A DNA stretch of 64,000 nucleotides from Octopus vulgaris (lineage: Eukaryota), in NCBI GenBank assembly GCA_951406725.2, contig OX597815.1, positions 172,174,001 through 172,238,000 of the forward strand, read 5' to 3'. This document shows positions 1-12,480 of this stretch, in pieces; position 1 is the stretch's first letter, and every line of letters starts with the position of its first letter. Position numbers and translations under genes: made by a program. The notes beneath the pieces are model-generated. The model saw only the letters and a list, made by a program, of their open reading frames with translations, did no database searches and had not been told where the DNA came from.

Positions 1-656
1 TCAGCCGGAGCCAGCTGAGCCCGGGACTCGTGTTAGGCAGGGTCATCACTCCCTGAAGTAGTGAAGAAAATCGTTATCCACTACCTAGTACACAAATCGG
101 TGTACTAATTACATATTACGCACTTGATGTTAGTCTTTTTTTGTTCATCATTATTTTTCTTCTGACAGTTATTTGTGGTTAGTCATTGATTCTGGGCAGC
201 TAAAATTAGGATTTCCTTCTCTGTCTTTAGCTCAGATCTTTTGAGCCAGATTTGATTTCACTCTGACTTATTGTCTCTCTCCATTTATTTTTTATCATGT
301 TTTAGAATTCCGTTTTGATTCTGACATTTGGTTTCTTTTCTTTTAACCCCCCCCCCTTTTTTTTTGCTTTCTCCTTATCTAACTGTTTTTCTTCGGTGTA
401 AATAGTTTCTGTCTTATATTTTATTGGTTCCCTTATATATAGAATGTATATTGTTTTTCCCTCATGACCCCTTATAACTCTAATAATTTTTCTCTTTGCT
501 TGTCTCTAAGTATTTTTTATGGTCCCACTGCTGTTACTTTGTAACAGTTCTCTATTTGTATGAGGCCACATTTTCCATGTGCGCGTAGTATGTTTGGTAT
601 ATGTATATCTTTTCTATATTGGCTCTAAAGCGGCAACTTCGGAATCCTGTTAGTAA

Positions 657-1034
657 CTCTTTTTTTACTCTTTTACTTGTTTCAGTCATTTGACTGCGGC
701 CATGCTGGAACACCGCCTTTAGTCGAGCAAATCGACCCCAGGACTTATTCTTTGTAAGCCTAGTACTTATTCTATCGGTCTATTTTGCCGAGCCGCTAAG
801 TTACGGGGACGTAAACACACCAGCATAGGTTGTGAAACGATGTTGGGGGGAGGGGGCAAACACAGACACACAAACACACACACATATATATATACATATA
901 TACGACGGGCTTCTTTCAGTTTCCGTCTACCAAATCCACTCACAAGGCTTTGGTCGGCCCAAGGTGCCACGCAGTGGGACTGAACCCGGAACCATGTTGT
1001 TGGTAAGCAAGCTGCTCAGTACACAGCCACTCCT
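657..1034 (-). mobile_element. tRNA-derived SINE, family A (CORE-like segment, internal (TA)n(TG)n, tail shared with a LINE)
   Basis: Reverse complement matches the + copy at 3057-3492: head GGAGTGGCTGTG..GGGTTCAGTCCC, internal microsatellite, tail GGCGGTGTTCCAGCATGGCCGCAGTCAAATGACTGAAAC followed by AGTAAAAG-type repeats. Confidence 0.9.
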
Positions 1035-1822
1035 GCATCTTAGTTCGTAGTTTTTTGGGGGTTTTTTTGCCCAAACATTTCAATTAATTTCCAATGAATC
1101 TATTGACGTAATAGTTTATAACTAAACTGGCGAATGTGTTTATCGTATGATATATATTTTATAATTCTTGCATTACGTTCAGTTTTAGTATTAATCTGAT
1201 TCTTTTTAAGCATTCTTTTTCTAATTTTTCCCGTCATTTCTGCGTGTATAATCTTATCAATTCATCTCCTTTCTCAGTATGCGCATGGATTTTTTTCTTC
1301 TAATTCTCTGATTTTATTGTCTGGAACTAATTTATTGTTTTCGGGTTTTAGTTAATTTGCTTCTTCTTCTTGTAGTTTAGGCATATTTGTCTACTTAATT
1401 TTATATCTTAGCGAAATTCATGAACAACTTTTAGTAGGTCCATCATTTTGGTGTTGCCCTTGTAAATAGCTTCAAGTCACTTATCATAGATTATGTTTAT
1501 TAATTTGTCCATAACATACTCAAACGCTAATAGGTATCATTCAGTAGATTTGTTAATGGGTCAGAACTAGGCAGCAGAATAGAGTACAGTGACTAAAGAG
1601 CCTCCTCAAATAGAAACCATCATCATCATCGTTGTCATCTCGTCGTCGTTGTCGTCGTCGTCGTCGTTTTTGTTGCTATAATCCGCTTGTTTTGTCTTCC
1701 ATCTTTTTTCTTCCGTTTTTTCGGATGTCGATAAAATAAAGTACCAGTTAATTATTGGTGCTCATTTAATCACCTAACTCGCATGCTCCGATTTCTGACC
1801 TTGTGTCTAAATTAGAAACAAC

Positions 1823-1863
<41 letters not shown>

Positions 1864-1882
1864 GTAGTATTATTATTATTAT

Positions 1883-2621
1883 ATGTTTGACTTTTGCTTT
1901 ATATTTGTACAAGTTGGCTCCAAGTCTCACCCAGAGACCTCAAGAGACAACAGGTTGGAAGTTCGTGATGTTGTTATGCCTAGTGTGCCCTATATTTGGT
2001 TTTGTATTTTGTGTTGTACTAGTGAATGTCAAAACAAACAAAAAAAAACCAAAATTATGTTTGTTTTAAAACTTGAGATTACATAGAAAGTATTTTGCGT
2101 AGGATTTGAGCAGTTCCCATGAGCACTATCTTTTGAATTTCTGCCATTTTGGGGTTTCCTGGTATCTGAGTTAGGTATCATTTTGCTATCATTCCCAGTG
2201 CACCTATGACAACAGGTATTGTTTTTAGTCTTCTGGTTCCACATTTTGCTGATTTCTATTGCAAGATCTTTATATTTGCTCAGTTTTTGGTAGGTCTTGA
2301 CAGATACGTTTATATCGATTGGGACAGTCATATCAATGAGGAGGCATGTTCTTTGTTTGAAGTCTTTCACTATGATGTCTGGCTTATTTGCATCTATCTT
2401 TCTGTCAGTTTGAATGGGGAAGTTCCAGAGGAGTGAAATGTGGTCATTTTCAAGCACTGGAGGTGGTTTGTGTTCCCACCAGTTTTTTTCATGGGGCAAA
2501 TCCAGGTTTTTGCAGATTACCCTGTGAATATATTGTGCAGCTCTATCATGCCTGTTGAGATATTCTGTAGGCGCTAGATGACTGCACTTGGAGACAACAT
2601 GATCAATGGTTTCATTTTGTT

Positions 2622-2622
<1 letters not shown>
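1883..2622 (-). mobile_element. 5'-truncated RLE-type non-LTR retrotransposon (R4/Dong-like), endonuclease region plus 3' UTR
   Basis: Translation ETIDHVVSKC (distal half of CCHC knuckle), RHD, W-x-H-x-P, KPDII..LLID, KLSKY: restriction-like endonuclease motifs. A frameshift is present near the C-terminus. Flanked on both sides by (ATT)n (1823-1882, 2623-2671). Confidence 0.88.
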
Positions 2623-2671
<49 letters not shown>

Positions 2672-3056
2672 GAGAGAGAGAGAGAGAGCAATGCATGTAT
2701 TTTAAGTGACACTGGGATACAAATATATGAAGCCCAATATACCCATTGTGAGTACCCGACAGATAAGGGTACACTAATCACGTGCGCGACGAACCGAGAG
2801 GGAACTATTTCAAACAGTATGAATAAATCTGGGTGGTTGTCGCGACACGTTCCAAACGAGCCAAGATAGCAATGCAGTTTCAATTGCTGTCTGCAATAAT
2901 TGGTTTCAGCTCACTCGCGCCTCTAATACTTTCAGAAAGGCGTGAATAACACTTTACTTATTTTCCTCTCCTAAAAAATTGTACACCTCTTCCTAGAAAT
3001 AAGCAAAATATTTTTAACGTTTTATGACAAAAATGTTAGACTAATATTTAAAATAT

Positions 3057-3492
3057 AGTGGCTGTATGGTAAGTAGCTTCCTTACGAACCACATGGTTCC
3101 GGATTCAGTCCCACTGCGTGGAACCTTGGGCAAGTGTCTTCTACTATAGCCTCAGGTCGACCAAAGCCTTTTGAGTGGATTTGGTAGACGGAATCTGAAA
3201 GAAGTCCGTCGTATATATGTATATATGTATGTGTGTGTGTGTGTATGTATGTGTGTGTGTGTGTGTGTGTGTATATGTTTGTGTGTCTTTGTTTGTCCCC
3301 CAACATCGCTTGACAACCGATGCTGGTGTGTTTATATCCCCGTATTTGCGGTTCGGCAAAAGCGACCGATATAATAAGTACTAGGCTTACAAAGAATAAG
3401 TCCTGGGGTCGATTTGCTCGACTAAAGGCGGTGCTCCAGCATGGTCACAGTCAAATGACTGAAGCAAGTAAGAGAGTAAAAAAGTAAAAGAG
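3057..3492 (+). mobile_element. tRNA-derived SINE, family A, near full length
   Basis: A-box-like TGGCTGTATGG, B-box-like GGATTCAGTCCC, CORE-like ACCTTGGGCAAGTG, internal (TG)n, family tail. Confidence 0.9.
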
Positions 3493-3852
3493 AATATATA
3501 TCTTTTAAAAAGGACGACCAGTTGGCAGTAACAATAGATTACCAAAATAAATGCATTTTAAGAGTCGCATCTCTTTAGTTTCCAGGTTTCATTTTGGCTT
3601 ACATCAATATCATGTCGATAAAATTAATACCGGAAATATGCCGAAGTAAATTTATCAACATATTGACTTCTGTATAAATTGGTTTGACGTCGTCTCTTCC
3701 AATATTAAATCCAAAGACGATTGAAAATTCTAACGTTTTGAAATAATACATAAAAATATCTCAAAATGTATTTAAAATAATTTCGTCAAAAACCGAAAAT
3801 TAACCCTTTTGTTAGCATATTGTTGAAATAACTTTTGTCGTTAAGCTAGTAT

Positions 3853-4262
3853 TTCATTTCATTTTTCATTTTCATCTAGTTTCAGCTCACGAGCTGTGAC
3901 CATGCTGGGGCACCGCCATTCGGTGTTGCTACATAATTTTACTTTACGAATGCTTTTTAGCAATTGACATTTGGTGCATGAGAGAGTTTGATGCAGCTGT
4001 CCTCGTCTGCACCTCCTGCCGTAAAGTTGGTTCATCTGGGACACCTGATAGGAAGAGGTCCAGCTTTATTTTAAAGCATCCGCATCCGCATCCACCCCAT
4101 GCAGGTCTCTCAGGTCCTTCGGCAGGATATTGAAGAGCTGTGGACCTCTGAAGCCCAGGGTATCGCAGTATCTTGTCCTACATCTTGATGGCAAATTTAG
4201 AGTCCTTGGCACTATGCAGTGGCGCCCAGTTCTAGTATTTGTGTAACTCTCGATGCCAAGTA
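3853..4262 (-). mobile_element. LINE 3' end (CR1/L2-group-like ORF2 C-terminus plus 3' tail)
   Basis: Translation LGFRGPQLFNILPKDLRDL...LDLFLSGVPDEP resembles a CR1/L2-group ORF2 C-terminus. It is followed by a tail GGCGGTGCCCCAGCATGGTCACAGCTCGTGAGCTGAAAC and (TGAAA)n-like repeats. Confidence 0.7.
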
Positions 4263-4562
4263 CATGGAACATAAATTATGGAGTTTTGATGGAAGGTTTT
4301 AATTTAGATCCCTTTAAAACAGGGAGTTTGGACCATTAAACAAGGGGCATTTTCAGACGAGTTGGTATCAAAAGGGTTAGAACTTTTTTTTATGTGTGTG
4401 TGTGTATAAATTATAAAAGTAAGAAATTTCTCATCAAAAATTCGATCCTCTTGAAATTACAAATATGGTTTACAGAAACTCATATCAATTCTCTTTTTTC
4501 TAAAGTGTTTTCCTTCAAAGAACATTAAAAACATGAAACAACGTCGATGGAGGTGATTCTGC

Positions 4563-4796
4563 AAACAACAATAACAACAACAGCAGCAGCAGCGAGACGA
4601 AGAAGAGGATACAGAACAAGAAGAACAACAACGACAGCAACAACGGCAGCGGCAACAGCGAAGACCACAGCAACAACCACAGTGACTATAACAATAACAC
4701 CAACAACAACAACAGGAACCCCAACAATCACTATCACGGCAACAAGAACGACAACAATAGTCACTGCGACAACAGCAACAACACCAACAACAGCAA
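4563..4796. repeat. Degenerate (AAC/AGC/ACG)n trinucleotide microsatellite
   Basis: Direct inspection; explains the Thr/Val-rich ORFs at 4525-4894. Confidence 0.85.
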
Positions 4797-4797
4797 C

Positions 4798-4987
4798 TAG
4801 TGGAGGCGCAATGGCCCAGTGGTTAGGGCAGCGGACTCGCGGTCGTAAGAACGCAGTTTCGATTCCCAGACCGGGCATTGTGAGTGTTTATTGAGCAAAA
4901 GCATCTAAGCTCCACGATGCTCTGGCTGGGTGGGGGTTAACCCCGCTGTACTCTTTCACCACAACTTTCTCTCACTCTTTCTTCCTA
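4798..4987 (+). mobile_element. tRNA-derived SINE, family C, 5' part
   Basis: TAGTGGAGGCGCAATGGCCCAGTGG..GTTTCGATTCCC head; homologous to the longer copy at 48704-49008, including ACTCTTTCACCACAACTTTCTCTCACTCTTTC. Confidence 0.8.
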
Positions 4988-5429
4988 CATCTGCCACAAA
5001 GCAGAGGAACCATGGTGTAACCCACTATGGTGTGGTAAACTTTCAGACCCTAGTCTAGATTGCGAATCCTCTGTACTCCAGGATGGTTCAGCTCTCCACC
5101 CGTTAAAAGCCACCGTTTACAGAATGAGGATAACAACGTAGCTTTCGCGCCCGTGCAACCGCCAGTCTATAGCGTGTGGCGGGTGGATCTTCAAGTTTCC
5201 ACACGCATTCTTAGTAGCTTAGAGTAGGCTCGAATTAGAGATTATTCTTTGTGAGCTAATGGCGTGAGTCCTGATTAGAAGAAGAAGAAGAAGAAGAAGA
5301 AGAAGAAGAAGAAGAAGAAGAAGAAGAACAACAACATCAGCAGCAGCAACTTCGACAACAACGAAAGGATAGCGGTAAGTAGACAAAGAGAAAGAGAAAG
5401 AGAAAAACCGAAAGATATTAAATGGACAT

Positions 5430-5990
5430 ATGTCAACCTTCCGTACTACGGCAAACAAACTAAGGAATGACGTCAGAATCACGAGGAGGAGCCACACCCT
5501 CAGACAGTACTTCTTCCAGAACACATGCTGCCTGAACCAATGCTCCATCAAAGCCAAACAGCCAACGGACAGCGCCCGGCTTTTGTTTTCAAACTCACGT
5601 GAAATACGAGATGATGTGTACTTGTGGAGAAAAATATATTGGACCGACTAAACGACAGCTTCACGTTAGAGTGAAAGAGCATCTTCACAGAGCTACAACA
5701 CCCAGCGCCGTATTCCAAGACCACCATCATTGCGATGGGGAGTTCTCCACCCGGATATTGGCCAAGCGAAAAAATGCAGTCAACTTACGAATAAAGGAGG
5801 CACATTTCATCAGGAAGAAAGCGCCCAGCCTCAACCGCCGAAATGAACTTGACGACTGGAAGTTCATTTACCGCCTACGGAACCTCTAACCAACGGCAGC
5901 AGTAACAACCACCATGGAACGCCTGATGAAAGTTTATAGATCCGAAAGCGCTCACTTCACCCATTAACCCAAGAACTAACACACGCGACC
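5430..5990 (+). mobile_element. Penelope-like element 3' fragment: GIY-YIG endonuclease plus degenerate hammerhead
   Basis: ORF 5599-5889: VKYEMMCTCGEKYIGPTKRQLHVRVKEH...IKEAHFI...PSLNR, a PLE-type GIY-YIG domain. Downstream are CTGATGA (5923-5929) and GAAAGCGCTC (5944-5953), a minimal HHR core with disrupted stems. Confidence 0.85.
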
Positions 5991-6037
5991 AGTAGTTCCC
6001 CACTATGTATGTATGTATGTATGCATGCATGCATCTA

Positions 6038-6071
<34 letters not shown>

Positions 6072-8772
6072 AAAAAAACCATTAGACCTTTTAAACTTTT
6101 GAACTTTTGAAAAATTAAAAGGAAAAACTTTCAAACGAAGGTTTTCAAAAATTTTCAAAGGAAGATTTCCAAGGGCCTCCTAACTGTTCACTATTCATAT
6201 CATCTATTAAAATCTATCAAAACCTTTCAAACTACCTCAGCTTCTCGTCATCTTTTCATTATTTCATTTTGTCATTTTTTAATATATTTTCCATCGTGTT
6301 TTCATCATTGTTCAATTCTGTCATCTTTCATTCTTAGCTTTTGGTTTCCCCATCGCTAACTGCTAACTTCTCAATTATCACTTTCTTCTGCCAGTTCGTT
6401 CATCCTGTCCTTCATTCTTCCTAACTTAGCTTAACTTCTTTTAGCATAGCACCTCCTCTCACCATCCTACTAACGGCGTTATCCTGTTACCTCTTTGTAT
6501 TATTTTATTACCAGAATCACATTTACACATAAAAGCTAAAATATTATTACTTTGTCACCTTTTTTTTCTTTGTCTCTAAAAAAGGATCATAGATAATTTT
6601 TGTACAGCCTTTTCGCTTCAGATTTCTCTTCATGCTTGAATCTCTGTATAATGCTCTGCTGTGCCAACAAAAATTCTCCTTGTACATATATTGCTCAAGA
6701 TAAAAGCCTTACAAATCACATATCGATTTCTTTTTAACATATTTATTTGACATACCTTCATCTAAATCCTCTAGACCAATTCAGTCCAACCACATTATAT
6801 GATTTTAAAAAATCGTCCTATTTTCGAATGATTTACATAAGAACACACATATACGCACAAATATACAGACAAAAAAATACATACCAAATGTACATTGACA
6901 ATGCAAAATGTGAAATTTTAAATGCCAACTTTTCAATTATTTTTAAATACGCGCGCGCCCATACACACACACGCATGTGCACATCCTGTTATGGCTGGTT
7001 TGCGTTTCTGTAAATCTTGTTATAAATGTAGAATTCCGTAACACAAAACGTATTTCCTGGAGACGTCCATTTCCTCGCTCCATTTCTCTTCTATATACCA
7101 TTTTCATTCTGGTCTACTCGTTGCCTTTGACATCCCTATTTTTGCTCGTTATACACATATTTCATTCCTTCGTGCTCAGATCCACATCATAATGGAACAC
7201 ATTTTTTTACCTTCTTTTCCCTATGCGCATGAACCTTCAGAAGTTCAAGACAAATATTAAAGGCATTCACCGTAACTAGTTCACCAATGTATGCAAATGG
7301 TAATGGTACACTTCCTCTTCCAATAAGTCATTAAAACTGCTTTATAGCTTTCTTAATCCGAATAACCAGAGCTTGATAGTATAAGGATTGAATAAGTTAT
7401 TACAAATTCCGCTTGTAACTTATTCCTGTGCGTGCTGGATGTTCCGAACCCATTCAAGTATATTCTAAATCCATTTTACGCTCCATTACAATCACGTTAT
7501 CAACCCCTATCCGATTAAAATTGAAACAATATGCACTACTGTTCAGATTTCTTGATCTTTTGGGGTTATTAATAGTTATACTGCTGTTAATTTTTTTACT
7601 GAATAATTACAAAAATAAATCCATTCTCTATTTTTTTATATTTCAGAGACGTCTAAACATAAAAGAAGTTACTCTTCACATCTGATTGCATATTTCACAT
7701 ACTTTTGTATTTTTAACTCACTCTCTCGTAAAAGAAGTATCGATTAATATTTGGTTGGTATTTATAAAAAGATTATACGTTTGAGAATTTTGAAAAGTTC
7801 TCCATAAATGCACACCTACACTATTTTACATTTAGCAACACTTCAAATTTTCAAGCAGATGAAACAAAAATCGGAAACGTCTGCATTCAATACGCTGCAA
7901 GCAAGATATCTTCCTTTAAATGTTCACGATACATTTTCACCTATTCAAATTAACGCTTATTGATAACCAGAAGACTAATTGAAGCTTTTAAAATATTTAT
8001 ATATTAAAATTTGTTATTCCAATCGAAACGTGAGGAAATGAATTCTAAAGATGTCCAGCATTTTCATGAAGCGATTTTAACTCAGACCTAAAAAATAAAT
8101 AGTTTTAGAGTTGTATTTGTTTGATAAGTGACTTGATCTGGAACTTTGTGTCAAGACCGAAACAATTAGAACGGGAAATAGTCATGAAAAAAAACTATTT
8201 TATTCACGTTCGTTTATTTCTTAACAGAAATGTCTGCTTTCTGATTACTGAAACTTCACAGTAGCTAATATTATCATCTGCAAAAGTTATCGTAACTGTT
8301 TTTTGTGTTCTTGAATGGTCAAACTGATTCTTCAACGAGGTAACTGTAAAACTATATTTTAACTGTGAACTCCATCCACAATTACATCCTTTCATACCAC
8401 AATTGTTTGGGCCAATGGGTCTAGTTTATGACATGAATACAGCACAACATTAGTGACAGAAAACGAAATATCCATCACACAGTGTATTGGTTGACATCCA
8501 TTGGTTTGGTCAACATGGACCTCTAAAACAAAGTTTTAGAAATATTTTATTTTAGAAGCTATTTTAGAAATATTTTTTTCTTCTTTACCAACAAAATATT
8601 TTATATTGCTCTGGTATAATTCTAATTTTTGGGTAGTGCAGAATAATGAGACCGACTATCAATTTGAAATCCAAACTCAAATGAATATGGATTACCAGTT
8701 AATATCTGAGAATTTTTTCATTGTCTTCCAACAGAAATATCTAATTACTAATTACTATTTTTATTTTTTCAG

Positions 8773-8829
8773 TGGCTGAGAATAAATGAAATGAATGACT
8801 GCATTTATAGAGCACCACGGCTGCTAAAG
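8773..8829 (+). other. Probable 5' UTR exon of the CD225-family gene (intron 8830-9027)
   Basis: TTATTTTTTCAG acceptor before 8773, AAG|GTCAGG donor at 8830, TTATCTCTTACAG acceptor ending at 9027. ATGs in this exon give only short uORFs. Confidence 0.4.
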
Positions 8830-9170
8830 GTCAGGCAGTCAGAGGAGCAGAACAATAATACTGCGAACACAAAATAAATTAGATATTAATGATGAATCTC
8901 GAAATATGTTGAAATAACAGAATAGCATTTTTATTTTAAAAAATGAATTTCTCATTCTCCATATATGAAGTTATGTGCCCGTTTGGTGTCAACTTTTTTA
9001 AAAACGTTTATTATTTATCTCTTACAGGTATATAATGTAGTATAGCTTGATCATAATAATACTGGAATCATCAAATTCGTCTACCAAGTGAATGACCAAC
9101 CTGCATCGCGGTCAAACATTACCACCAATTATTCTCCACTGTTTAAAGACGCAAGGATACATTTTCCGCC

Positions 9171-9608
9171 ATGTTGTGTTATTCCTCCCCAACGACAGAT
9201 GAAGTTAACATCGCATGCCAGAAGTATCGTGTCACGCCAGTTCGTTCAAACTCGGTCCACTACACATCATTGAAAATATCAGATCAGAAATGTGGCCGAG
9301 TTATTATAACACAGCCTGATAATTGCACACTGAGTCAACCCTTACCACCGCGGACCACAAATTACATCGGCCTAGCAGTAGTTGTTCTCATTTGCTTCAA
9401 CTTACCATTTGGTGTTATCGCTGTATTATTATCAATAAAATCGAACAAAGAATTTGAGGCCGGTAATTTTGAAGGAGGCCGATATAAAGGCCGATTGTCA
9501 ATGATTGTCAGTGTTACGGGTATTTCTATTACTTTAGTTACCATTATACTTGTTATTTTCTGGCCCGTGATAATACGTAAATCAAGAGATGAACATTATA
9601 TTAACTAA
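9171..9608 (+). CDS. CD225/dispanin-family membrane protein (IFITM/PRRT/TMEM233-like), single coding exon, 145 aa
   Basis: NYIGLAVVVLICFNLPFGVIAVLLSIKSNKEFEAGNFEGGRYKGRLSMIVSVTGI..IILVIFW fits the CD225 layout (hydrophobic segment with C/P/G, S..G..E loop, C-terminal TM). Start context CCGCCATG, in-frame upstream stop at 9144, AATAAA at 9628-9633. Confidence 0.85.
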   Translation: MLCYSSPTTDEVNIACQKYRVTPVRSNSVHYTSLKISDQKCGRVIITQPDNCTLSQPLPPRTTNYIGLAVVVLICFNLPFGVIAVLLSIKSNKEFEAGNFEGGRYKGRLSMIVSVTGISITLVTIILVIFWPVIIRKSRDEHYIN

Positions 9609-9719
9609 CAATGGGGTATTATTTCAAAATAAACCTATGACATAATTGTTAACAAGTAATCAAAATACTTATTTTTGTATTTTCTTATGAATCCTGCTAA
9701 GAAAATATTTTATGTTAGG

Positions 9720-9835
9720 CTGGATATATTAATCTGATGGTATGTATAAAATGTCTGCTAAAAAGTATATATATATATATATATTTATACTTTTTAGCTG
9801 ACATTTTATATATACCATCAGATTAATATATCCAG
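9720..9835. repeat. ~50-bp inverted repeat around a (TA)n spacer
   Basis: 9720-9769 is the reverse complement of 9786-9835 with about 2 mismatches. Confidence 0.9.
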
Positions 9836-9880
<45 letters not shown>

Positions 9881-11039
9881 GATCTCGCAAGAAATATGAC
9901 ATACTATTTTGATTTTATAAAAAATATATATATATTTATTTTAATTTTCTATATTTCAATTCTTAAATGTAAAGACAACTCGATCATGTGACATCTGAAC
10001 AAATATGTAGACGGCATACCCATAATTACCTGTAAATTTTGTAGGAGACATATACTTTGCATATATTTTGAAGAAAATGTTTTCGATACAGAGTCTGTAC
10101 TTTAGGCAGTTGGCTGCAGAATTTGTAGAGCATTATTTATTTATGACTCTTTATGTTCTGACTTCAAATCCCATCGGGGTCGATTACGCTTTTCATCCGA
10201 ATGGTGACGATCAAATACTGAGGATGATATAAATGACTATATGCCTCCCTAAAAAAATTTGTGACTTTGTACCTTTGTTAGAAATTATTTTATTCCCCGT
10301 TACACCGAATACACTTTGACCATGTTGTTAATGGCTTCATGTCTTCGTTTCTAAAGAGGCCTGATAACAACGTAACATATTACGAACTTTGTTTTAGAAA
10401 GAACCACACGTTTACAGATTTCATTGCAATATGCTTTTGATAAGTTTCAACGTTACAGCAAAAATTATTATAGACTGAAATATTTAGCATTTATTTATTG
10501 ACACATTTACATTCATGTTCCTTCGTTTGTATACATTTTCAATTTGTAACAACCCGACACGTGTGTCATATATAGATTATTAAAATCATATTAAAACATG
10601 ATGGGTTTCGTCTTGTTGATTAAATGTTAATTGTTTTTCTTATCTCTGATGTTTGTTGTCCAACAGTTATATAATTGTTATCAAAGCCGAGAAATAAATA
10701 TGTTATTAATCGTCATTTTATACATTAGAATCATAACTTGTCATTGCTTCACAAATAATTTACTCAGCATACAATATGTTCTACAAGAATTTCTTCCTAA
10801 CATGCAGTAACTCAGCTTATGCTTTATTTTAACATCTTTTCTCATTTCTGGAGGCAATTGTTGAGTTCAATCAGTGACACAGTATCGATTACATCCAATT
10901 CTGATTGGTCTTTAACATTGCGGCAAAAAATAACAATGAACATTTTTATGTATTCCAATATTAATTTCCTTCTTGGAAAATTTTCAGCTAAACTTTCTCG
11001 GCTTTTAAACAATGCTTGTATTTATACACAAATAAAACG

Positions 11040-11045
<6 letters not shown>

Positions 11046-11130
<85 letters not shown>
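11046..11130. repeat. (TA)n microsatellite
   Basis: Direct inspection. Confidence 0.95.
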
Positions 11131-11133
<3 letters not shown>

Positions 11134-11282
11134 AATAGAAAGGTGAATAATCTTGTAGTAGATTAATCAAAAGTTTAACCGATACCTTAGTAGCAAAAAT
11201 CACAGCAGTAAAACAGCACGGTTGGAGGTACAACCATATGGTGTTGCAACCGTGCGTTGGTGCGGATAATTGAAATTAGAAC

Positions 11283-11638
<356 letters not shown>

Positions 11639-11699
11639 ATGTGTATGTATGTATGTATATATATATATATGTATATATATGTATATATATATATATATA

Positions 11700-11740
<41 letters not shown>

Positions 11741-12044
11741 ATGCTGATGTAACTTTTTCTCTTTAATAAAAACTACATATAGAGAAATACTCCTCTCTTT
11801 ACATAATGTACACTAAACAAGGCTCAACTTCTCAGCTGAAGTTCGTACTTCGGGCCGAGGTTCAGACTGCTTTGTAAAGATACTTCTTCGCTGACCTAAG
11901 TTTCGACTGGAAAAGAAAATTACTCGAGAGTAAAAACTATCTCAACGTGAATAATATCTGAATCTTACATGCAACATTTCACCAATGATATATTGACAAA
12001 TTGACATCAGTAGACTTCTATAGTCGCAATGATTAATAAATTTA

Positions 12045-12202
12045 GGTGTAGCTGTGTGGTGGAAAGCTAGCTTCACAGCCATATGGTTCCGAGTTCAGTC
12101 TCATTGCGTGACATCTTGGGAAAGTGTCTTCTACTATAGCCTCGATCCGTCCAAAACCTTGCGGGTGGATTTGGTGGGCGGAAACTGAAAAGAAGCCCGT
12201 TG

Positions 12203-12260
<58 letters not shown>

Positions 12261-12480
12261 TGTGTGTGTGTATGTATGTGAGTGCGTGTGTCTTTCTGTC
12301 TGTGTTTGTCCCCCGCTACCGCTTGACAACCGTTGTTGGTGTGTTTACGTCCCCACAACATAGAATATTACGAGGTTCAACAAAAAATAAGTACTGGGGT
12401 CGATTCGTTCGACTAAAAACTCCTCCTCAAGGCGGTACCTCAGCATGGCTGCAGTCCAATGACTGAAACAAGTGAGAAAA
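12045..12480 (+). mobile_element. SINE family A, diverged copy
   Basis: Same head, internal (TG)n and tail as 3057-3492. Confidence 0.85.

Noticed and set aside
130-1600. Strand-biased T-rich region possibly from a decayed retroelement ORF on the minus strand
   Set aside because: No recognisable motif and no open frame; cannot be assigned.
4525-4894. Mucin-like Thr-rich ORF
   Set aside because: Translation of a trinucleotide microsatellite plus a SINE head.
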